Positions 41,279 through 51,893 of a stretch of 64,000 nucleotides of DNA are shown one piece after another. The position numbers were made by a program, and so were the translations under genes. Below the pieces are notes generated by a model, which did not search any database, had not been told where the DNA came from, and was given only the letters and a program-made list of their open reading frames with translations. The DNA is from Escherichia phage PHB12, in the sequence record MK524178.1, one strand, 5' to 3'. Positions within the stretch are counted from its first letter, which is position 1. Each line of letters starts with the position of its first letter.

Positions 41279-41613
41279 AATAAGAAATCTAACGTATTAG
41301 TTTTTTCACCACGAGCAACTGATGGGCGAAGCATGTTTTCGTCAATTGCTTCGCTTGTAATTTTTTCAACAATTCCTGTAGGAATAAATTTAGCAAATTG
41401 TGTTTCTGGAATAGAATTTTCTTCCAAGAAAGCAGTTGTTGCTTCTAAATAAGACATACCAAATTGTTCAACCATGGATTCGATAATGAATCCATTTTCT
41501 TGTCGGTCAAGCAATTTAGCGATATCATCTTTATCGTGTTTTACTGCTAATTCTTGTTCAGATAAACCGGCCTCATCAACCGGTTTAATATCACTTAGTG
41601 AAAACTGTGTCAT
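41275..41613 (-). CDS. 33: late transcription accessory protein gp33
   Basis: 112 aa; matches T4 gp33. Confidence 0.93.
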   Translation of the reverse strand: MTQFSLSDIKPVDEAGLSEQELAVKHDKDDIAKLLDRQENGFIIESMVEQFGMSYLEATTAFLEENSIPETQFAKFIPTGIVEKITSEAIDENMLRPSVARGEKTNTLDFLL

Positions 41614-41860
41614 AAAGCTCGACTACCTCTTCGTTTTCAGCTTCAAATTGGTCACGAGCGTCTTTATGATAAAGAGCTAACAAACGATTAAACATTTTTC
41701 CATCGACGCCAAGCTCTTCTTTAGCACGAGTACGAATGTCTTTAATCAGTTCATTATAACCAGAAATTTTAAGTTTGTTATCGGAAGCTTCCTTGACTAG
41801 TTTAGCCAGTTCTTCACCATGCACATCTTGATTAAATTCAACTGCTTCTTTCTTAGCCAT
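41591..41860 (-). CDS. dsbA: double-stranded DNA-binding protein DsbA
   Basis: 89 aa from internal ATG with SD GAGGT; the track start is an upstream extension. Confidence 0.85.
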   Translation of the reverse strand: MAKKEAVEFNQDVHGEELAKLVKEASDNKLKISGYNELIKDIRTRAKEELGVDGKMFNRLLALYHKDARDQFEAENEEVVELYDTVFTK

Positions 41861-41867
41861 GTTTACC

Positions 41868-42785
41868 TCAGAATTCATTAATTACACTTGTTAATTTAGA
41901 AAGACCAGATTTTACAAAGTATGAATAAATCTTGCCTTTAGGTTGTGGTTGATATGAGTTATAATACTCTATAATGGTTGAAGCAATATTATCAGGGATA
42001 TAATCAAAATCAATGAGAACCAAATTTTCTTGATACCGTTTATATTCTTCTGCACTTAATAATACTTCAGCTTGAGAACGGTCATTGGCAATTGCTTCAA
42101 TAATCGTTGTTTTCATGCTTGGAGTTCGTTCGCCTTCAACTCGAGTAAACCAGAAATCACCACGAACTCGAACAGACGCAACACCGTCTTTACGGTCGCC
42201 TTTAAGAATTTTAGTCATGCAATCAATTTCGGCAGAACCATTCTTAATTTTAACCCATTTTTTCTGTGGTGGCGACCACTGTTTAACGTTAGGATATTTG
42301 TGTAATTGTGTAAAGTCACCATCTGATGCAACAATACACACCTTATGACCAGCTAATGACAAATATTTAGTTAATACACCGATATGGTCATCCGCTTCGT
42401 ACTTGTCAATATCCATTACAACGTATGGCATGTATTTCTTAATCTCATCAACAACTTGACGGAGTGCAGTAAAATATCCTTCCCAATCCCACTTTGAAGC
42501 TTCACGATCAGTTTTACGATTTTTCTTGTAATAGTAAGCAAAGTCACGACGCCAATAACCTGAAGTAGCATTATCCATACACAATACAAATTTTGTATAG
42601 CCTTGCTTACGGAACATCACTACGTTTTTACGAATTGAATTCAAGATTACATGGCGAACCATCGGAACGGTAATTTTATCACCATCTTCAAAGTTGTTTA
42701 ATGCAGCTGCCAATGCAATGTTACTAAAGTCAGCAAGCGCAATACCTTCTTTGTAATCTTCATCCAACATCATTTCTAAATCCAT
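41868..42785 (-). CDS. rnh: RNase H / 5'-3' exonuclease
   Basis: 305 aa; FEN-family motifs; matches T4 RNase H. Confidence 0.95.
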   Translation of the reverse strand: MDLEMMLDEDYKEGIALADFSNIALAAALNNFEDGDKITVPMVRHVILNSIRKNVVMFRKQGYTKFVLCMDNATSGYWRRDFAYYYKKNRKTDREASKWDWEGYFTALRQVVDEIKKYMPYVVMDIDKYEADDHIGVLTKYLSLAGHKVCIVASDGDFTQLHKYPNVKQWSPPQKKWVKIKNGSAEIDCMTKILKGDRKDGVASVRVRGDFWFTRVEGERTPSMKTTIIEAIANDRSQAEVLLSAEEYKRYQENLVLIDFDYIPDNIASTIIEYYNSYQPQPKGKIYSYFVKSGLSKLTSVINEF

Positions 42786-42863
42786 ATGAACCTCTTGTTC
42801 AGTTAGTCAACTTAGACCATAGTAACATACTAGTTCGAAAGCGTAAATAGTCTTTTACTCATT

Positions 42864-42871
42864 TATAAATA
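42864..42871 (+). promoter_or_regulatory. late promoter (TATAAATA) for gene 34
   Basis: Exact match 35 nt upstream of the gene 34 ATG. Confidence 0.7.
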
Positions 42872-42905
42872 GTAAAATAGAACACATAATGATAAGAGGA
42901 CTACC

Positions 42906-45900
42906 ATGGTTGACATCAAACGTAAGTTCAGGGCCGAAGATGGTCTTGACGCAGGCGGTGATAAGATAGTTAACGTTGCGCTTGCTGACCGCACAGTTGG
43001 CACCGATGGCGTGAACGTTGACTTTTTGGTGCAAGAAAACACCGTACAGAATTATGACGAGACGCGCGCGTATACAAAAGATTTTATTGTTCTTTATGAT
43101 AATCGTTTTTATCAAGCTTTAAGCGATATTCCAGCTCCGGCAGGCCCTTTCTCTTTGGCTAAATGGAAGGCAACTCGTACAGATGCAGAATGGATTACAG
43201 TTCAAGGCGGAGATTTCCAATTATCAGTAGGTAACTCTATTGCGGTTGATACTTCAGCTGGCACTGATATTAATTTCACTTTGCCTCAAAATCCTTTAGA
43301 TGGCGATACAGTTATTTTGTCTGATATTGGCGGTAGAGTAGGCTATGTAAAAGTTCAAATTACTGCAGCGGCTCAAAGTATTGTAAACTTTAGAGGACAA
43401 CAGGTTCGTTCAGTTTTAATGACGCACCCAAAATCTAAAATGGTCTTCATTTTTAGCAACCGCCTATGGCAAATGTATGTTTCTGATTACGAACGTAATG
43501 CAGTCACAGTAACTCCTGCTGCGCCATATCAAGCGCAACCTAATGATTTTATCATTCGACGTTTTACATCAGCCGCTCCTATTAATATTACATTGCCTCG
43601 TAATGCTAATAATGGCGATATTATTAATTTAGTGGATTTGGACAAATTAAACCCATTATATCACACAATTGTCAAAACTTACGATGATACAACTTCTATA
43701 CGAGAAGCTGGTGTTCATGTAGCAGAAGGACGTAATACTGCGGAAGCATTCTTTGTTTATGATTCTGCCAATAGTTTATGGCGTGTTTGGGAAGGTGACC
43801 AGAAATCTCGTTTACGTATAGTTCGTAATGATACTGATTTACGCCCTAATGAAGAAGTTCTTGTTTTTGGAACTAATAATGATACAATCTCGACGGTAAA
43901 TCTTACTTTGCCTACAGATATTTTGTCTGGCGATACTGTTAAAATATCGTTGAATTATATGCGTAAAGGGCAAACTGTAAAAATTAAAGCTGCTGAAGGC
44001 GATACAATTGCTAGCAGTATTTCTTTATTACAGTTCCCAAAACGTTCGGAGTATCCACCTGATGCACAATGGGTTTCTGTTAGTGAGCTAGAATTTAATG
44101 GTGATACTTCGTATGTACCTGTACTTGAGTTAGCTTATATAGAAGATTATTCATCTGAAACAAAATATTGGGTAGTTCAACAAAACACCGTAACCGTCGA
44201 ACGAGTCGATGCATCGAGCAATACCACTCGAGCTCGTTTAGGTGTTATTGCTCTTGCTTCTCAAGCGCAAGCAAATGTCGATTTAGAAAATGCTCCTGGT
44301 AAAGAACTGGCTATTACTCCGGAAACATTAGCAAATCGTACAGCAACTGAAACTCGTCGTGGTATTGCTCGTATTGCAACAACTGCACAAGTTAACCAGA
44401 ATACCGATTTTGCATTCCAAGACGACTTGATTATTTCTCCTAAGAAATTGAACGAACGTACAGCAACTGAAACCCGTAGAGGTGTTGCTGAAGTTGCAAC
44501 TCAGGCTGAAACTAATGCTGGAACAGATGACACCACTATTATTACTCCTAAGAAATTGGATGGCCGTCAAGGTTCTGAAGTTTTATCTGGTATTGTAAAA
44601 TACACATCTACGACTGGTACTACAGCGGCTACTGTTCGTGGTAATGCTGGGACTAACGTTTATAACAAAGCCGTAGATAATTTAACTATTTCTCCAAAGG
44701 CTCTTGACCAGTATAAAGCTACCCCTACTCAGCAGGGTGCAGTAATTCTTGCTATTGAAAGTGAAGTTATCGCTGGCGAATCACAAGCTGGTTGGGCTAA
44801 TGCTGTAGTGACCCCTGAAACTCTGCATAAGAAAACTTCTACTGATGGACGTATTGGTTTAATTGAAATTGCTACGCAAGCAGAAACTAACACTGGAACT
44901 GATTATACTAGAGCAGTAACGCCTAAGACGTTAAATGATAGGAAAGCTACGGAAGGATTATCTGGCATAGCCGAAATTGCTACGCAAGTTGAATTTGATA
45001 CTGGAACTGATGATACTCGTATCTCGACTCCACTGAAAATTAAAACTCATTTTGATTCTTCTGACCGTACCAGTGTTAATTCTGATTCCGGACTTATTGA
45101 AGAAGGAACCTTGTGGAACCATTATACTCTTGATATTTCTAAAGCAAATGAAACACAACGTGGTACACTTCGCGTAGCTACTCAGGCAGAATCTAATGCC
45201 GGAACTTTAGATGATGTTCTTATTACTCCTAAAAAACTTTTAGGGACTAAGTCCACTGAAACGTCTGAAGGCGTGATTAAGGTTGCTACTCAGGCTGAAA
45301 CTGTAACAGGAACTTCTGCTAATACTGCTGTATCACCTAAGAATTTAAAATGGATTGTCCAGAATGAACCAACATGGGCTGCTACTACGGCAATTCGTGG
45401 ATTCGTTAAAACTTCATCTGGTTCTATTACATTCGTTGGTGACGATACTCAAGGTAGTACCCAGGACCTGAATCTTTACGAGAAAAATAGTTATGCTATT
45501 TCTCCATATGAATTAAACCGTGTACTTGCTAACTATTTGCCATTGAAAGCTAAAGCCGTAGATAGTAATCTGTTAGATGGTCTAGATTCTCTTCAGTTCA
45601 TCCGTAGAGACATCGACCAGACGGTTAATGGTTCTTTAAGTCTTACTAAACAGACCAACCTGAGTGCTCCTTTAGTATCTACAAGCACTGCTTCTTTTGG
45701 TTCCGAAGCATCTGTTACTCGTAGATTAACTCTTAATGACTCTAGTGGTTCCGAAATAGTTTTCACTAAAGGAACTCAATCTCTTAGTAATAAAGAGAAT
45801 TTCGTTGTTAGAGCATGGGGTAATAGCGCTACAGATGGTGCCCGTGATACAGTATTTGAAGCGGGTGACGAAACCGGATACCATTTCTATTCTCAGCGCG

Positions 45901-46739
45901 CTTCTGATAATAAAGTATCATTTAATATTAATGGAACACTTTATTCAACAGGCATTGTTTCTACAAATGGATTAAACGTTACAGGTTTTTCTACCTTTAC
46001 CGGGCCTATTAGTGCTACAGGCGAAATTGTTTCTAGTTCTCCTATTGCATTCAGAGCTATTAACGGTAACTATGGTGTTATGCTTTATAACGCTGGTAAC
46101 AGTTCTTATATTGCATTAACTAACTCAGGTGACCAGACCGGGACGTTTAATAACTTACGCCCGATCACGATTAACAACGCCACAGGCTTAGTTCGTCTTG
46201 ACAATGGTGTTCAAATCACAAGTGGTGCAACAATAACTACCGGTGGGTTAACTGTAAATAACAGGATTATTTCTAACGGCGTTAAAACTGCCACGGTTTA
46301 TACCGATAAACCAACAGCTTCTACTGTAGGTTTTTGGTCTATTGACATTAACGATTCTGCCGTATATAGCCAATTCCCTGGATACTGGACGCGTGATAAC
46401 AAAGGTAACCGTGACCAAGAAATTAAATATCCTGGTACTTTGACTCAATTCGGTAATAGCTTAGATTCGCTTTATCAGGATTGGATTTGTTATCCTACAG
46501 GTGCAAATGGCGGTAGTATTCGTTATACTCGTACCTGGCAGAAAAATAAAGATGCTTGGACTTCATTTGCAATGGTATTTGATAGTGGCAACCCACCTTC
46601 ACCTAGCGATGTCGGTGCTATCCCGTCTGATAATGCTGTTATTGGAAACCTTACTATTCGAGACTTCTTACAATTAGGAAATGTGAGAATTGTTCCGGAC
46701 CCGGTTAACAAAACAGTTAAATTTATATGGGTTGAATAA
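42906..46739 (+). CDS. 34: long tail fibre proximal subunit gp34
   Basis: 1277 aa; N- and C-terminal regions match T4 gp34. Confidence 0.96.
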   Translation: MVDIKRKFRAEDGLDAGGDKIVNVALADRTVGTDGVNVDFLVQENTVQNYDETRAYTKDFIVLYDNRFYQALSDIPAPAGPFSLAKWKATRTDAEWITVQGGDFQLSVGNSIAVDTSAGTDINFTLPQNPLDGDTVILSDIGGRVGYVKVQITAAAQSIVNFRGQQVRSVLMTHPKSKMVFIFSNRLWQMYVSDYERNAVTVTPAAPYQAQPNDFIIRRFTSAAPINITLPRNANNGDIINLVDLDKLNPLYHTIVKTYDDTTSIREAGVHVAEGRNTAEAFFVYDSANSLWRVWEGDQKSRLRIVRNDTDLRPNEEVLVFGTNNDTISTVNLTLPTDILSGDTVKISLNYMRKGQTVKIKAAEGDTIASSISLLQFPKRSEYPPDAQWVSVSELEFNGDTSYVPVLELAYIEDYSSETKYWVVQQNTVTVERVDASSNTTRARLGVIALASQAQANVDLENAPGKELAITPETLANRTATETRRGIARIATTAQVNQNTDFAFQDDLIISPKKLNERTATETRRGVAEVATQAETNAGTDDTTIITPKKLDGRQGSEVLSGIVKYTSTTGTTAATVRGNAGTNVYNKAVDNLTISPKALDQYKATPTQQGAVILAIESEVIAGESQAGWANAVVTPETLHKKTSTDGRIGLIEIATQAETNTGTDYTRAVTPKTLNDRKATEGLSGIAEIATQVEFDTGTDDTRISTPLKIKTHFDSSDRTSVNSDSGLIEEGTLWNHYTLDISKANETQRGTLRVATQAESNAGTLDDVLITPKKLLGTKSTETSEGVIKVATQAETVTGTSANTAVSPKNLKWIVQNEPTWAATTAIRGFVKTSSGSITFVGDDTQGSTQDLNLYEKNSYAISPYELNRVLANYLPLKAKAVDSNLLDGLDSLQFIRRDIDQTVNGSLSLTKQTNLSAPLVSTSTASFGSEASVTRRLTLNDSSGSEIVFTKGTQSLSNKENFVVRAWGNSATDGARDTVFEAGDETGYHFYSQRASDNKVSFNINGTLYSTGIVSTNGLNVTGFSTFTGPISATGEIVSSSPIAFRAINGNYGVMLYNAGNSSYIALTNSGDQTGTFNNLRPITINNATGLVRLDNGVQITSGATITTGGLTVNNRIISNGVKTATVYTDKPTASTVGFWSIDINDSAVYSQFPGYWTRDNKGNRDQEIKYPGTLTQFGNSLDSLYQDWICYPTGANGGSIRYTRTWQKNKDAWTSFAMVFDSGNPPSPSDVGAIPSDNAVIGNLTIRDFLQLGNVRIVPDPVNKTVKFIWVE

Positions 46740-46747
46740 GAGGTTAT

Positions 46748-47872
46748 ATGGAAAAATTTATGGCAAGGTTTGGACAGGGATACGTCCAAACGCCGTTTTT
46801 ATCGGAAAGCAATTCAGTTAGATTTAAGCTAAGTATAGCGGGTTCATGCCCGCTTTCAACAACTAATCCGTATATTTTGTTCCAAAACGAGCCTTTAGGG
46901 TTGCAGTCTTTTGGTATTGGGCTAAATGTTAGGGTGATAAATCCGGAAAATGGAACTATAGTTGATAGTAAATTATACAATTTTGCGCCTACAAATAATG
47001 CGACTTCAGCTGCATTTATTTCGTTTGTTAATACATACGCGGATAATTTCATTTTCGCATTTATTTCTAATAACAAATTTAATTTGCCGCCAGAAATAAT
47101 TGAATGGTTTAAAGCTGCTGGGAGTTCAGTTATACCGTCAATTGAAGTTGCTAGTCTTGTTGATATTTCATATTCAGCGTTTTATGTTTCAGGTAAAAAT
47201 ACTATTGCATTAGAACACATAAAATACAGTAATAAGAAAACAATTTCTGATTACGCAACTCCATTAGATATTGTATATGACTCTATTGCTGATATAGGTG
47301 CTACCGGCTATCCTAGACGTACATATGAAGCTCTAGAAACGTTTTTATCTCCTGTTGGAAGAACTAACAATGAAATAAAAAGGATGCCTACATCATCCCT
47401 TGTTACTCCTATCGCAAACTATGGATTAAAGCCTACTGATTTTCTTTATTTGAAATTTCAATTAATGGCTGATGAAGAATTATTAGAGGAAGGAACCACA
47501 AGACTTTCAATTCGTTTCTTTAAGTCTCCATCTAGCTCTCCTATATCATCTAAAGATATAAACTTTGATGGAACTGCCGGGGAGTGGAAGCTATATGAAG
47601 AATACGTTGAAATACCAGCTGAAGCTGATGGCTTTACAGTATATTGTTACCGTACGGCCCCAGTCGGTCAAGGTGGACTAAGAAATGTTATTTTCACTGA
47701 AGTATCATGTAACGGAAGTATAGCAAAACCCGCCGAGTTTGGTATAAACGGTATTCGTGTTAATTACATTGATGAATCATTAACAGGTAATGATATAATG
47801 GACTTGCCTACTCAGTTATCTAACGACACAGGTAAGGTATTTGGGCAGGAATTTAAAGAGTACACAGAATAA
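46748..47872 (+). CDS. 35: long tail fibre hinge connector gp35
   Basis: 374 aa; position and length. Confidence 0.9.
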   Translation: MEKFMARFGQGYVQTPFLSESNSVRFKLSIAGSCPLSTTNPYILFQNEPLGLQSFGIGLNVRVINPENGTIVDSKLYNFAPTNNATSAAFISFVNTYADNFIFAFISNNKFNLPPEIIEWFKAAGSSVIPSIEVASLVDISYSAFYVSGKNTIALEHIKYSNKKTISDYATPLDIVYDSIADIGATGYPRRTYEALETFLSPVGRTNNEIKRMPTSSLVTPIANYGLKPTDFLYLKFQLMADEELLEEGTTRLSIRFFKSPSSSPISSKDINFDGTAGEWKLYEEYVEIPAEADGFTVYCYRTAPVGQGGLRNVIFTEVSCNGSIAKPAEFGINGIRVNYIDESLTGNDIMDLPTQLSNDTGKVFGQEFKEYTE

Positions 47873-47873
47873 A

Positions 47874-47893
47874 GGAGACTTCGGTCTCCTTTT
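47874..47893 (+). terminator. hairpin terminator after gene 35
   Basis: GGAGAC-TTCG-GTCTCC followed by TTTTC. Confidence 0.75.
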
Positions 47894-47897
47894 CGCG

Positions 47898-47905
47898 TAT
47901 AAATA
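47898..47905 (+). promoter_or_regulatory. late promoter (TATAAATA) for gene 36
   Basis: Exact match 26 nt upstream of the gene 36 ATG, SD AAGGAG. Confidence 0.75.
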
Positions 47906-47931
47906 CTTTAATATTAATAAGGAGACACGAA

Positions 47932-48588
47932 ATGGCCGATTTAAAAGCCGGAAGTACAGTTGGTGGTTCCGTCATATGGCATCAAGGCAATTTTCCTTTA
48001 ATGCCAGCTGGCGATGACATCCTATATAAAACATTTAAATTATACACCGAATATAACAAGCCAAAAGCGGCTGATAACGATTTCGTATCTAAAGCAAATG
48101 GTGGGACATATCTCAAAAAGGTAATCTTTAACGAAGGTGTTGCAGTCAAAACAGCAGATGACCAAACGAATGGTATTTTTTCTGGTGGTGGTGACGCCGC
48201 GACATTCGACCAAACAAACATGGATATTGTTTCGTGGTATGGTATTGGGTTTAAATCATCTCAAGGTACAGGTGAAAGAACTGTTGTAATTGATACTCGC
48301 ACCGGTAATATAAGTTCTAAAGGCGTTATTGAAGCATCTCAATTCAGAGCCACAACGTTAGCACCTTTAAATAATTACGACCTTACTCGCAAAGATTATG
48401 TTGATAGTCAAATAAATACAGTTAATGCTAATGCAAACAGTCGTGTACTCCGTTCAGGAGATACGATGACCGGTGCGCTAACCGCCCCAAACTTTTTCTC
48501 ACAGAATCCTGCATCTCAACCCTCGCATGTTCCACGATTTGACCAAATTGTTATTAAGGATTCTGTTCAAGATTTCGGCTATTATTAA
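47932..48588 (+). CDS. 36: long tail fibre distal connector gp36
   Basis: 218 aa; position and length. Confidence 0.9.
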   Translation: MADLKAGSTVGGSVIWHQGNFPLMPAGDDILYKTFKLYTEYNKPKAADNDFVSKANGGTYLKKVIFNEGVAVKTADDQTNGIFSGGGDAATFDQTNMDIVSWYGIGFKSSQGTGERTVVIDTRTGNISSKGVIEASQFRATTLAPLNNYDLTRKDYVDSQINTVNANANSRVLRSGDTMTGALTAPNFFSQNPASQPSHVPRFDQIVIKDSVQDFGYY

Positions 48589-48596
48589 GAGGACTT

Positions 48597-51500
48597 ATGG
48601 CTACTTTAAAACAAATACAATTTAAAAGAAGCAAAACTGCAGGAGCACGTCCTGCCGCTTCAGTATTAGCCGAAGGTGAATTGGCTATAAATTTAAAAGA
48701 CCGCGTACTTTTTACTAAAGATGACCAAGGAAATATCATTGATCTGGGTTTTGCTAAAGGCGGTAGCATTGACGGGAATGTTATTCATATAGGAAATTAT
48801 AATCAAACTGGTGATTATACTTTAAATGGCACTTTCACTCAGACAGGTAATTTTAATTTAACTGGTATTGCTCGAGTAACTCGTGATATTATTGCCGCCG
48901 GGCAGATTATGACTGAAGGCGGTGAACTTATTACAAAAAGTTCAGGTACAGCACATGTTCGTTTTTTCGATGGCAATAGCCGCGAACGTGGCATTATCTT
49001 TTCGCCAAATAATGCTGGAGCGACCACTCAGGTAGTTAATATTCGCGTACAAGATTATGCCGCTGATAGCGAAAGCATTTATGCGTTTTCAGGCAACGGT
49101 GTATTTTCTTCACCTGAAGTATCGGCACGGAAATCTATTTCGTCTCCACAAATTCTGACCGATAAAGTTATTACAGATGGGAAGAAGACGGGCGATTATG
49201 ATATATCTTCATTATCAAATAACACTCCATTGGCAGAAAGCGAAACGGCTATTAACCACCTCCGTGTTATGCGAAATGCTGTAGGAGCAGGTATTTTCCA
49301 CGAAGTTAATGTTAATGACGGAATAACCTGGTATTCCGGAGATGGACTTGACACTTATCTTTGGTCGTTTAACTGGGCCGGTGGATTGAAAGCCGGTCAT
49401 TCTATTTCTGTAGGTCTTCCAGGCGGCCCTAAAGGATATTCTGAGTTAGGAACGGCCTCAATTGCTCTTGGTGATAATGATACCGGATTAAAATGGTATC
49501 AAGATGGTTATTTCTATGTAGTAAACAATGGTACGAGAACTTTCCTTTATAGTCCTGAATCAACCGTAAGCCTTAGAAAAATGGTTATGGGTTATTCTGT
49601 AAATGGCAATGATTTGACTACTCCTCCGACTGAAAACTATGCTTTGGCTACTGTTGTTACTTACCATGATAATAATGCGTATGGTGACGGTCAGACTCTT
49701 TTAGGATATTACCAAGGCGGTAATTATCATCACTATTTCCGTGGTAAAGGTACTACAAATATTAATACTCACGGCGGTTTATTAGTCACTCCTGGTAATA
49801 TTGACGTTATTGGTGGTTCTGTTAATATTGATGGTCGTAATAATGCTTCTACGCTGATGTTTAGAGGTAACACAACTGGTAGCAGTTCAGTTGATAATAT
49901 GACTATCAACGTTTGGGGTAACACCTTTAGTACAGTAGATGGTTTTCGTAAAAACGTGATGGAAATATCTGATGCTATTGGTTGGATGCATTATATTCAG
50001 CGCAATAAAGATAATACCATTGAGGCTGTATTAAATGGACAACAAACTATTAACGAAAATCTTGTTGTTAAAAAAGATATTTTGGTTGATAGAGCGGTCC
50101 ATACCGCAGGCGAAATTACTACAAGTGCTGTTAACGGGCTCCGCATCTGGAACAACGATTATGGCGCCATTTTTAGACGTTCGGAAGGAAGTCTTCATAT
50201 TATTCCTACTGCATTCGGTGAAGGCATGTCCGGTGATATTGGCCCACTTCGCCCGTTTAGTTTGGCTTTAGATACTGGTAAAGTTACTATTCCAGATTTA
50301 CAATCAAGTTACAATACGTTTGCTGCTAACGGTTATATTAAATTTGTTGGTCATGGAGCGGGTGCCGGTGGATATGATATTCAATATGCCCAAGCGGCTC
50401 CTATTTTCCAGGAAATTGATGATGATGCTATAAGCAAATATTATCCTATTGTTAAACAGAAGTTTTTAAACGGTAAATCCGTTTGGTCTTTAGGTACTGA
50501 AATTAATTCGGGTACATTTGTTTTACACCATATCAAAGAAGATGGATCACAAGGACATACATCTCGTTTTAATCAAGACGGTACTGTTAACTTCCCGGAT
50601 AACGTTCTGGTCGGCGGTGGCGAAGCTGCTATTGCTCGTAATGGTAATATTTTCTCGGATATCTGGAAAACGTTTACTTCAGCAGGAGACATTACAAATA
50701 TTCGCGATGCAATAGCTACTCGTGTTGCTAAAGAAGGCGATACGATGACCGGCACTCTTTGGATTAATAAAGATGCTGCTGGAATAGTTCTTAATCCTCC
50801 TTTGTCTAGTGATTCATCATTTATTCGTTCTGATACGGCCGGGGCCAATAATTGGTATATTGGTAAAGGCGGTGCCGACAATGGTCTAGGTTTTTACAGT
50901 TACATTACACAAGGCGGTGTATACATAACAAATACCGGTGAAATATCGCTTTCTCCTCAAGGACAAGGAACATTTAATTTTAATAGAGACCGCCTTTATA
51001 TAAATGCTAGTCAATGGGTTGCACATAAATCTGGCGCTTGGGGCGACCAATGGGGCTTAGAAGCTCCTATATTTGTGGATTTTGGTGGTGTCGGTAATGA
51101 TAGTTATTATCCGATTATCAAAGGAAAATCTGGTATTACCAATGAAGGATATATATCGGGTGTAGATTTCGGTATGCGTCGTATTACTAATACATGGGCC
51201 CAAGCTATTATCCGTGTTGGTAACCAGGAAAGCGAGTCGAACCCGCAAGCTATCTATGAATTCCACTCTAATGGCACTTTTTATGCTCCGAGCTTACTTA
51301 AGAGTAACAGAGTATCGGCTGGTGGTGGTGACCCAGCATGGGGCAGTCCTTGTATTGTATTAGGTGACAATGATACCGGATTTCTTTGGGAAGCAGATGG
51401 TATTTTCAACGCATATGCAAACGGCCAAGGCGTATTCAGTTTTAGAGCTGGTCTCGCACAAACGTTCGGTAACGTTAACTTCCACTGTAACGCCGGTATG

Positions 51501-51863
51501 TATGTTCGTGATAACATTGATGTTAACGATGTTTATATCCGTTCTGATATTCGTTGTAAGTCAGAAATTAAGCTTATTAAGAACGCTCAAGAGAAATCTA
51601 AACTCTTAGGCGGCTATACTTATCTGCTTAAAAACCCTGTTACAGACGAAGTTAAACCGTCTGCAGGTTTAATTGCTCAGGAAGTTCAAGAAATATTGCC
51701 TGAACTTGTTTCTGAAGATAAAGAGACCGGCTTACTTCGTTTAAACTATAACGGTATTATCGGTTTAAATACTGCTACTATCAACGAGCATACTGACGAA
51801 ATCAAGGAATTGAAATCTGAAATTGCTGAATTGAAAGCATTAATTAAATCATTGATAAAATAA
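48597..51863 (+). CDS. 37: long tail fibre distal subunit gp37 (T2-type, with C-terminal chaperone domain)
   Basis: 1088 aa; conserved N-terminus MATLKQIQFKRSKTAGARP; C-terminal 106 aa carry the self-cleaving chaperone signature. Confidence 0.93.
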   Translation: MATLKQIQFKRSKTAGARPAASVLAEGELAINLKDRVLFTKDDQGNIIDLGFAKGGSIDGNVIHIGNYNQTGDYTLNGTFTQTGNFNLTGIARVTRDIIAAGQIMTEGGELITKSSGTAHVRFFDGNSRERGIIFSPNNAGATTQVVNIRVQDYAADSESIYAFSGNGVFSSPEVSARKSISSPQILTDKVITDGKKTGDYDISSLSNNTPLAESETAINHLRVMRNAVGAGIFHEVNVNDGITWYSGDGLDTYLWSFNWAGGLKAGHSISVGLPGGPKGYSELGTASIALGDNDTGLKWYQDGYFYVVNNGTRTFLYSPESTVSLRKMVMGYSVNGNDLTTPPTENYALATVVTYHDNNAYGDGQTLLGYYQGGNYHHYFRGKGTTNINTHGGLLVTPGNIDVIGGSVNIDGRNNASTLMFRGNTTGSSSVDNMTINVWGNTFSTVDGFRKNVMEISDAIGWMHYIQRNKDNTIEAVLNGQQTINENLVVKKDILVDRAVHTAGEITTSAVNGLRIWNNDYGAIFRRSEGSLHIIPTAFGEGMSGDIGPLRPFSLALDTGKVTIPDLQSSYNTFAANGYIKFVGHGAGAGGYDIQYAQAAPIFQEIDDDAISKYYPIVKQKFLNGKSVWSLGTEINSGTFVLHHIKEDGSQGHTSRFNQDGTVNFPDNVLVGGGEAAIARNGNIFSDIWKTFTSAGDITNIRDAIATRVAKEGDTMTGTLWINKDAAGIVLNPPLSSDSSFIRSDTAGANNWYIGKGGADNGLGFYSYITQGGVYITNTGEISLSPQGQGTFNFNRDRLYINASQWVAHKSGAWGDQWGLEAPIFVDFGGVGNDSYYPIIKGKSGITNEGYISGVDFGMRRITNTWAQAIIRVGNQESESNPQAIYEFHSNGTFYAPSLLKSNRVSAGGGDPAWGSPCIVLGDNDTGFLWEADGIFNAYANGQGVFSFRAGLAQTFGNVNFHCNAGMYVRDNIDVNDVYIRSDIRCKSEIKLIKNAQEKSKLLGGYTYLLKNPVTDEVKPSAGLIAQEVQEILPELVSEDKETGLLRLNYNGIIGLNTATINEHTDEIKELKSEIAELKALIKSLIK
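51543..51860 (+). other. C-terminal intramolecular chaperone / autoproteolytic domain of gp37 (peptidase S74-like)
   Basis: SDIRCKSEI...GLIAQEVQEILPELV...coiled-coil tail, typical of endosialidase/T5 fibre chaperone domains. Confidence 0.75.
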
Positions 51864-51868
51864 TAAAA

Positions 51869-51882
51869 GGGCCTTCGGGCCC
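51869..51882 (+). other. stem-loop after gene 37 (no T-run)
   Basis: GGGCC-TTCG-GGCCC, followed directly by the gene 38 SD. Confidence 0.5.
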
Positions 51883-51893
51883 TGGAGGTTTAT